A stretch of 64,000 bases of DNA from Thermodesulfobacteriota bacterium (lineage in GTDB: Bacteria; Desulfobacterota; Desulfarculia; JACQYL01), in the NCBI GenBank assembly GCA_963675595.2, contig CAXXLZ010000002.1:64001-128000 (forward strand), written 5' to 3'. The notes under the pieces were generated by a model that worked only from the letters and a program-made list of their open reading frames with translations, ran no database searches and was not told the DNA's origin. The translations under genes and the position numbers were made by a program. Positions 57,781 to 64,000 of the stretch are shown in pieces; position 1 is the first letter of the stretch, and every line of letters starts with the position of its first letter.

Positions 57781-59181
57781 ATGAAGAAATACCTCACCCG
57801 TCGGGGTGACGGAGTCCGCATCGAGATGACGGATGACGAACTCAGAGCCGACTTTGAGTCGGGCATCCAGGATGCGGCGGAAAGAGGGAAGATCGACCCC
57901 CTTTCCAACGAGGACCTCGACCGGCTGATGGACATTTTCACTGATCCCAATCGAATCGTCGGTGTGGAACCCGGGAACGAAGTTCCCTTGACCCACGATA
58001 TCGGTACGCTTCGTTTGATGGGCGATCAGGGAAACAGCGGCGTGGGAATACCGCTGAGCAGGGTCCACGGGATCCAGGTGCATGAACGGGCTTTCTGTTC
58101 CGACTCCATGGAGCTTGGACACATTGATTACAGCTTCAAGCCCATTAAACCCGTGATCGCCATGGAACAGCAGGAGTACGAGAATGCACAAATGTGCACG
58201 ATCATTCCTCTGTTGTACGGCGCCATGCCCAATCTGGGCCTTTATTACGCCCCGGACGGCCCCTTCGGGAACCCGTCCGATCTCTTGCCCGCGGGCAAAG
58301 TCAAAGAGGCGCTGGAAGCCCAGGAACAAGCGGTGGAACACGCCACCAAAGACATGATCTATATCTCCGAGAAGCTCGCAAATGTGGGCTGCGACGGGAT
58401 CAACTTCGACACCACCGGAGCCGCGGGCGACACGGATTTCGCCGCCACGCTCAAGGCGGTGGAACATCTGAAAAAGACCACCAACCTGGCCGTCCAGGTG
58501 GGCATGGCGGGCGAGTTCGTTCTGGGAATGCACGGCAGCCTCAAGTACAACGGAACCAGGCTGGCCGGGCTCTATCCCCACAAGCAACTCGAATTGGTGG
58601 AACAAGCGGGGGCGGACATCTTCGGACCCGTGGTAAACACCAAGCCGAGCAAGTCCATGGCTTGGAATCTGGCCCGGGCGGTTACCTTCGTCAAGGCGTG
58701 TACGGCCGTCGCCAAGATTCCCATCCATGTGAATATGGGAATGGGCGTGGGCGGCTCCCCCGTTTTCGAGACTCCGCCCATCGACAGCGTGACCCGCGCA
58801 TCCAAGGCCATGGTGGAAATCGGCCGCGCGGACGGGTTGTAGATAGGCGTGGGGGACCCCCTTGGGATGCCGATAGCTCACGGCATGGCAGCAGGCATGG
58901 GCGGAATCAGGACGGCCGGAGATCTGGTGGTCCGAATGCAACTGAGCCGCAAGATGCGGATTCAGGAAGCGAAAGCCTATGTGGCCGACAAGCTGAAAGT
59001 ATCCCCGGTAGACCTGTCGGACGAGAACGTGATGAGAGAAGTCCGCGAGGAGCTGGACATCGGAGTCATCACTTCGGTCCCGGGTTGTGCCAAAGGAATG
59101 GAAGCGAAAGCGAAAATCGCCGACTTGCTCGGCATTGAAATCAACAGTGTCAGCCGTTTCAAACGGAAGCTCGGTCTATAG
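57781..59181 (+). CDS. mtbB: Pyrrolysine-containing dimethylamine methyltransferase MtbB (466 aa, Pyl354 at TAG 58840-58842)
   Basis: [12 protein letters not shown]-terminus; ...[20 protein letters not shown]...[10 protein letters not shown], the canonical MtbB Pyl context; merges two ORF-track entries. Confidence 0.95.
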
Positions 59182-59191
59182 ACCGGAACAA

Positions 59192-59220
59192 GCGGGCTTC
59201 CCTCGGGAAGCCCGCCCTTT
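59192..59220 (+). terminator. Intrinsic terminator-like hairpin after mtbB
   Basis: gcgggcttcc-ctcg-ggaagcccgc followed by ccttt. Confidence 0.65.
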
Positions 59221-59275
59221 CAGGCGCCCGCTGGAGAGCACCAGACTCCCGGACGCCAATACAAGGAATCATTTG

Positions 59276-59866
59276 GTGAGCCGAAAAAACACACCCGACC
59301 TTCAGTCAGCGTTCCATTCCGCCGACCCCTCTTTGGAAGAAGCGTTCGAAGCGGTCTCCCGGGAGCACGGCGTTCGCGTGTATCCTCTTGAATTGGAGAG
59401 CATCAAGCCTTCGTACAGCATCCGTCTCAAGTGTCAGGTGCCCTTGTGCGAATATTACGGTGTGTCCAAAGTATGCCCGCCGAACATCCCGGATGTCCCC
59501 GAATTCCGTGAAGCGATGAAGGATTATCGGATGGCGTTTCTGGTGGTGTACACGGAACGCATCGACAACATTCAGCACTATCGAAAGGACTTCACCGCGG
59601 AGCGAAAGCTCGCCGACGCGGTCTCCGCCTTGGAGGCGGCGGCTTATCGGCACGGTTGGTATCGGGCGTTGGGACTGTGCGTGGGGGGTTGCAAGCTGTG
59701 CCCAAGCTGTGCGGGGGCCGACGAGCCATGTCGGCATCCCTTTAAGGCCCGCCCCAGTCCGGAAGGGTTCGGCATCGACGTAACCGAACTCGCCCGCAAT
59801 CTGGGAGTGGCGGTCGAATGGCCTCCCCGCGACCAAGTCAACTTCTTGGGCCTTCTGTTCCTCTGA
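59276..59866 (+). CDS. DUF2284-like Cys-rich metal-binding protein
   Basis: RLKCQVPLCEYYG...CPP, GGCKLCPSC, CRHPFKARPSPEGFGIDV; start approximate (TTG 59273 or GTG 59276). Confidence 0.8.
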   Translation: MSRKNTPDLQSAFHSADPSLEEAFEAVSREHGVRVYPLELESIKPSYSIRLKCQVPLCEYYGVSKVCPPNIPDVPEFREAMKDYRMAFLVVYTERIDNIQHYRKDFTAERKLADAVSALEAAAYRHGWYRALGLCVGGCKLCPSCAGADEPCRHPFKARPSPEGFGIDVTELARNLGVAVEWPPRDQVNFLGLLFL

Positions 59867-59968
59867 TTCGCGACCAGGCACGGTATGAAACCGCCGTTTC
59901 TTTTTCTTCTTCAGGAATCATCGTCTCGAGAATCATGATCGAGGCGAGATGGAGTTTGAGGATATATA

Positions 59969-60937
59969 ATGTTCAGCATGCTCAGCTGTTATGATCGGGT
60001 CCGCAAGGAAGTCGTCGGCAGGGAAGTGGAAGCCAAATCCATTCTCGTGGCCATGGATGCGGGAAAACACATACTTCTCGAAGGACCTCCGGGAACCTCC
60101 AAGTCCACTCTTTTAAGAATCATCGCGAAGGAAAGCGGCATCCCCTTGTATATCATCGAAGGCAACATCGATCTGACCCCGGCCAAGCTCGTGGGGCATT
60201 TCAATCCCTCCAAGGTGATGTCCGACAGCTATCAGCCCGAATATTTCGAAAAGGGTCCCCTGACGAACGCCATGGAAGTAGGAGGGATACTGTACATCGA
60301 GGAATTTAACCGGATGCCCGCCGACGTAGCCAATGTACTCATCTCCCCCATGGAAGAAGGCGAAATGACCATTCCCAGGTACGGCAAGATCAAGGCCGTA
60401 CGCCCCTTCACCGTGATCGCGGCCCAGAACCCTTACGATGATGTGGGCACCGTGAGGGTGAGCAGGGCCTTTATGGATCGGATTTGCCTGATCCGCATGA
60501 CGTATCAGAGTGAAGAAGAAGAGATGGAGATCGTACGGAAAAGATCCACGTCCGAGGATCTCGAAGCGATCGCTTTGGCGGTGGCCATGGCGAGAAAGAC
60601 CAGGGAGCACGAGGACATCAAGCTGGGAGCGTCCGTGCGTGCCGCCATCGATCTGGCGGACATCTATTGGGGACTGCAGAAACTGGCCCGGGACCCGGTC
60701 CGGAACTTCCTCATCGCCGCAAGAATGGCCATGTCCAATAAAATATGGCTCAATGAGATGGCCGCCGACACGGCGGATACGATCATTGAACAGATTTTCG
60801 CCTCCCTGCGCAGCAAATACGGCCGCTTTTTGTACAGGAAGGAAGGCGACGAGGCCGGCGACGGCGTGGAGACGTCGGGCCAAGAATCCCTCGAAGCGGA
60901 CTTGGATATCGAAGAAAAAAAAAAGATCGCTATGTAG
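59969..60937 (+). CDS. MoxR/chelatase-like AAA+ ATPase
   Basis: Walker A GPPGTSKST, variant Walker B LYIEE, AAQNP, SRAFMDR, ASVR; acidic tail ending in an A10 run. Confidence 0.9.
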   Translation: MFSMLSCYDRVRKEVVGREVEAKSILVAMDAGKHILLEGPPGTSKSTLLRIIAKESGIPLYIIEGNIDLTPAKLVGHFNPSKVMSDSYQPEYFEKGPLTNAMEVGGILYIEEFNRMPADVANVLISPMEEGEMTIPRYGKIKAVRPFTVIAAQNPYDDVGTVRVSRAFMDRICLIRMTYQSEEEEMEIVRKRSTSEDLEAIALAVAMARKTREHEDIKLGASVRAAIDLADIYWGLQKLARDPVRNFLIAARMAMSNKIWLNEMAADTADTIIEQIFASLRSKYGRFLYRKEGDEAGDGVETSGQESLEADLDIEEKKKIAM

Positions 60938-60960
60938 GGGATAAGTTCCTCGATCGGATT

Positions 60961-61791
60961 ATGACGGGGTCGTCCTATTATTACCGGGTGGCCACGCACC
61001 TGAACAACAACCCGGACGATCTGGTCCCTTTTTTTGAGAAGCAGGACTCCCTGGAAGTATTCGCCAACATTCTGGGGATGCTGAAAAAGGACGTGAGGGA
61101 GATGGCGGCCCAGATCGCCGGCCGCATCATCATCAAGATCGCCAAACAAATCGCGGACACGGGGACGCGTTCCGGCAAGCTCAAGTTGGTCAGAGGGTGG
61201 GTGGACGGCGCGGAACTTGAGCTCGATCTGAGCCTTGAACAATACACCGAAGCGCCCGAGTTGGGCATCGTGGAAAACCTGGTTTCCTATATCAGAAAGC
61301 GGGAGAAGGAAGCCTTCATCATGTTCCTGGACCACAGCTACTCCATGAAGGGGCTCAAGATCGTTTTAGCGGCCATCACCGCGGCTTCCATCGCTCAGCA
61401 CTTCAAGCGGGACTATGCCATCATGGCGTTCAGCAATTCGGTCACCATGCTCAAAGCCATCGACGAATCCACCGGACCCGAGGAGATTCTGCAAAGGCTC
61501 TTCGCTCTGGAACTTTATGGCGACACGGATTTTCAGCGGGCGTTGGAGGCCGGCCTTTACCACCTGAGAAACTTCGACCGGAAGAGAGGGCTGATTCTAA
61601 CGGACGGAGCCTGGAACCAGGGTGGAGATCCACTGGACGCGGCCGCTCGTTTCGACAAGCTCAGCGCCATAGGCTTTCCCCCGTCCAAACACGAAAAAAT
61701 CAGGATTCTGGCGCTCAAAGGCAAAGGGGAATGCGCCTTCGTGGAAAACCAGCATGAGATATCTCGAGCCATCATCCGTTGCCTGAACTGA
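60961..61791 (+). CDS. von Willebrand factor A (MIDAS) domain; probably expressed as a frameshift fusion with the AAA+ ATPase
   Basis: DHSYS (DxSxS), GDTD, ILTDG; no SD before ATG 60961; frame open upstream across the slippery site. Confidence 0.85.
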   Translation: MTGSSYYYRVATHLNNNPDDLVPFFEKQDSLEVFANILGMLKKDVREMAAQIAGRIIIKIAKQIADTGTRSGKLKLVRGWVDGAELELDLSLEQYTEAPELGIVENLVSYIRKREKEAFIMFLDHSYSMKGLKIVLAAITAASIAQHFKRDYAIMAFSNSVTMLKAIDESTGPEEILQRLFALELYGDTDFQRALEAGLYHLRNFDRKRGLILTDGAWNQGGDPLDAAARFDKLSAIGFPPSKHEKIRILALKGKGECAFVENQHEISRAIIRCLN

Positions 61792-61846
61792 CTCCACGAC
61801 GGAACGCGAATCCATCATGACCGAAAGCGTAAGAACGAAATCCAAA

Positions 61847-61918
61847 GGAGGGTTGATCGGCAAGATCATGAAGACTCTAAATCTTCACAGCCGGGTTGAA
61901 CTCCCGGACCCTCCTCCA
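61847..61918 (+). tRNA. pylT: tRNA-Pyl (anticodon CUA)
   Basis: Acceptor GGAGGGT/ACCCTCC; one-nt linker; D-arm GATC-GGCAA-GATC; 6-bp anticodon stem TGAAGA/TCTTCA with loop CTCTAAA; 3-nt variable loop CAG; T-arm CCGGG-TTGAACT-CCCGG lacking TTC; T73; encoded CCA. Confidence 0.96.
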
Positions 61919-61961
61919 ATTTTCGTATCCGTTTGCCGACGGTGCATGAAGGCGTAGACTT

Positions 61962-62288
61962 ATGGGCATGCCTCAACGAAAAGCACCAGCGGCGACGAAG
62001 AAGGCGAAGAAGACTTTCTTTCGCAAAAGAGAAGACTTGGGAATGGTGCTTCAAAAGGTGAAGCTCTGGCCTTCGCGGAACGGGACCCTGCATGGAGTGC
62101 GCACCATCGTGGTGAAGGGAGCTTTCATTGATTTCACCACCCATTGCGGCCAGAAGCTACGCATCAAGAATTCGAAGAGCAGCAGGGTGTCCCGGTGGCT
62201 CAGGAACAAGTGGTACGTCAGACCTTGTTCCGGGTGTCGGGTCCCTACATGGAAACTTGAGAAATACTCCCAAACGTCTTTTCGATAA
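61962..62288 (+). CDS. pylSn: Pyrrolysyl-tRNA synthetase N-terminal domain protein
   Basis: KVKLWPSRNGTLHG, TTHCG, SRWLRNKW, CSGCRVPTWKLEKY; directly follows pylT. Confidence 0.93.
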   Translation: MGMPQRKAPAATKKAKKTFFRKREDLGMVLQKVKLWPSRNGTLHGVRTIVVKGAFIDFTTHCGQKLRIKNSKSSRVSRWLRNKWYVRPCSGCRVPTWKLEKYSQTSFR

Positions 62289-62343
62289 CCGACGAGTTCG
62301 ATCCTTCGCCGATCGATCTCCACGATGGAAGGTGAAAGTGCCC

Positions 62344-63516
62344 ATGACCGGACGAGACAATCGTCTCACAGCTGTTTTGGACGGAGTGCTGCAAGGAGGC
62401 GCCCTATCCCGCCGAGACGCGGAAACCCTGCTTTCCGCTTCAGACCCTCAGGATGTGGACAGAATTACCCAAGCGGCCCGGATCATGAGGGCGCGGCTTT
62501 TCGCCGACTCCGTTTTTCTTTACGGTTTCGTCTATTTTTCGACCTATTGCAGGAATTCCTGTACGTTTTGTTTCTACCGCAGGGGCAACAAGCAAAGCCC
62601 CAGGTACCGAAAGACCGAAACGGAGGTCAAGGACATCGCCCTCGGACTTGCCGCGTCCGGGGTTCATCTGGTGGATTTGACCATGGGTGAGGACCCATGG
62701 ATCTACGAGCGGCAGGATTACGGCGTACTCTACCGGATAGTGGGAGGCATCCGAGACGCCACGTCGGTTCCCCTCATGATTTCGCCCGGAGCCGTGCCCG
62801 ACGAGGTGCTCCGGACCTTGGCGGCTCAAGGTGTGGACTGGCTGGCCCTGTACCAGGAAACCCACAACCGAAGTCTATACGGGAAGCTCAGAGTCGGACA
62901 GAGTTACGACGAACGGGTGGAAAAGCGGAATCTGGGCGCACGGCTGGGAATGCTCGTGGAAGACGGGATTCTGCTGGGCGTGGGAGAATCCGTGCGGGAC
63001 CGGGCGGATTCCATCATGAACATGCGCTCCGGCGGATCGGACCAGGTCCGCGTCATGAGCTTTGTTCCGCAACCGGATACCCCCCTCGCCGATCGACAAA
63101 CGCCTCCCAGGCGACTCGAGCGCCTTTGCATCGCGGTCATGCGCCTCGCCATGCCGGATCGGCTGATCCCGGCTTCTCTGGACGTGGACGGCATCAACGG
63201 GCTGCGGATGCGTCTCGAAGCGGGAGCCAACGTGGTCACTTCCATCATACCGCCCCGAAGTCGCCTCGCGGGAGTTTCCCAGAGCAGTTTGGATATAGAG
63301 CCCGGTCACAGAACCGTGGCGGAGGTACGGAAGATTCTCGACGATATGGGCATGAAAGCGGCTTCCTTGTCTGAGTATGAATCATGGATGAAACAAAGAA
63401 AGCTGTTGAAAACCGGCCGGTCGGAACAAATCCAAATCGGTCTTTCCGCACTTCCCGACACGCACGCCGGCGACGTACCGAGCCATCCCCTCGGTCTGCA
63501 TCACACATATCCTTGA
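62344..63516 (+). CDS. pylB: Methylornithine synthase PylB (radical SAM)
   Basis: YGFVYFSTYCRNSCTFC (CxxxCxxC), DLTMGEDP, LYQETH, LIPASLDVDG, GANVVTSIIP; start set at ATG 62344. Confidence 0.95.
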   Translation: MTGRDNRLTAVLDGVLQGGALSRRDAETLLSASDPQDVDRITQAARIMRARLFADSVFLYGFVYFSTYCRNSCTFCFYRRGNKQSPRYRKTETEVKDIALGLAASGVHLVDLTMGEDPWIYERQDYGVLYRIVGGIRDATSVPLMISPGAVPDEVLRTLAAQGVDWLALYQETHNRSLYGKLRVGQSYDERVEKRNLGARLGMLVEDGILLGVGESVRDRADSIMNMRSGGSDQVRVMSFVPQPDTPLADRQTPPRRLERLCIAVMRLAMPDRLIPASLDVDGINGLRMRLEAGANVVTSIIPPRSRLAGVSQSSLDIEPGHRTVAEVRKILDDMGMKAASLSEYESWMKQRKLLKTGRSEQIQIGLSALPDTHAGDVPSHPLGLHHTYP

Positions 63517-63653
63517 GCCCGAAAGCCGTGAGCCCTGAGACCCCTCGGGGCCCGGAGGAACGCCGACGAGGCAAGACGGCACCCCCTTTCGGCGTCGGCG
63601 GAATCGCAGCAACTGCTGATCCAGCCATAACGCAAAACCTGGAGGTAACCTAA

Positions 63654-64000
63654 ATGACAGCCAAAGAACGAGTCATGGCCGTCCTGAACCACGAGAAACC
63701 GGATCAAATGCCCGTTTTTGGGGCAAATTCCACGGTCACCTATGATCAAATGGAAAAGGTATCCGCTTTCTGGCCTAAAGGTCACGAGGACGGCGAGACC
63801 ATGGCCAAGCAGGCCATGGCCGCTTACACCATGCTGGGATTCGATGCGGTCCGGGTCCCTTTCTGCCAGACCTTCGAAGCGGAAGCTTTGGGATGCAAAG
63901 TCAAGTCGGGCGGCGACAAGGGTATTCCCGGCATTGATCATCCCCCGCCGTACAAGCTCGAGGACACCCCGGCCTTCCCCTCGGACTTCCTTTCCAGAGG
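63654..64000 (+). CDS. MtaA/CmuA (UroD-fold) methylcobamide methyltransferase, truncated by window edge
   Basis: SD GGAGG; MTAKERVMAVLNHEKPDQMPVF...GFDAVRVPFCQTFEAEALGC. Confidence 0.85.
   Translation, partial: MTAKERVMAVLNHEKPDQMPVFGANSTVTYDQMEKVSAFWPKGHEDGETMAKQAMAAYTMLGFDAVRVPFCQTFEAEALGCKVKSGGDKGIPGIDHPPPYKLEDTPAFPSDFLSR

Noticed and set aside
53564-59181. mttB and mtbB as nonsense-mutated pseudogenes
   Set aside because: Each TAG is at the family Pyl position, the downstream frame is intact, and pylT/pylSn/pylB are adjacent.
59087-59275. N-terminal extension of the DUF2284-like ORF in the ORF track
   Set aside because: It overlaps mtbB and spans the terminator hairpin; a start near 59273-59276 is more plausible.
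60935-60964. Pyl read-through joining AAA+ and vWA
   Set aside because: The vWA ORF is in a different frame (23-nt gap), and read-through of the TAG hits TGA nine codons later; only a -1 shift joins them.
62128-62343. Long N-terminus of pylB, or a PylSn-PylB fusion
   Set aside because: It overlaps pylSn in another frame; pylSn ends in TAA and pylB has its own SD.
1-64000. CRISPR arrays, IS elements, prophage, rRNA, and the many antisense or overlapping ORFs in the track
   Set aside because: No repeat-spacer arrays or transposase, integrase or phage motifs were seen by eye; the shadow ORFs lie opposite recognised genes, as expected in GC-rich DNA.

Overview
High-GC bacterial DNA. Gene content and sigma54-rich regulation suggest Desulfobacterota/'Deltaproteobacteria' (inference). 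The window has four blocks. (1) 1-3.1 kb: the end of a SufC/SmsC-SufB/SmsB minimal Fe-S assembly pair and a hypothetical gene. (2) 3.2-45.3 kb: a large flagellar cluster (basal body, export apparatus, motor, hook, fliD/fliS, two sigma54 activators, fliA, a Maf-like gene), with sigma54 and sigma28-like promoters, a decayed second flgE start and a probable AUU-initiated fliK. (3) 45.9-52.4 kb: an HTH-REC-PilZ protein, a flavoprotein, and a multi-PAS kinase/sigma54 response regulator pair. (4) 52.7-64 kb: a methylamine-utilisation and pyrrolysine genetic-code-expansion locus that the ORF track fragments. mttB and mtbB are each split by an in-frame TAG at the Pyl position. The block also has two corrinoid proteins, an MttP-like permease, a complete tRNA-Pyl(CUA) at 61847-61918 with an unusual U73, pylSn, pylB and an MtaA/CmuA-type methyltransferase. 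Inside it, an AAA+ ATPase ORF and a vWA ORF are joinable by a -1 shift at an A10/A_AAA_AAG slippery site. All calls come from motif recognition by eye; no searches were run.
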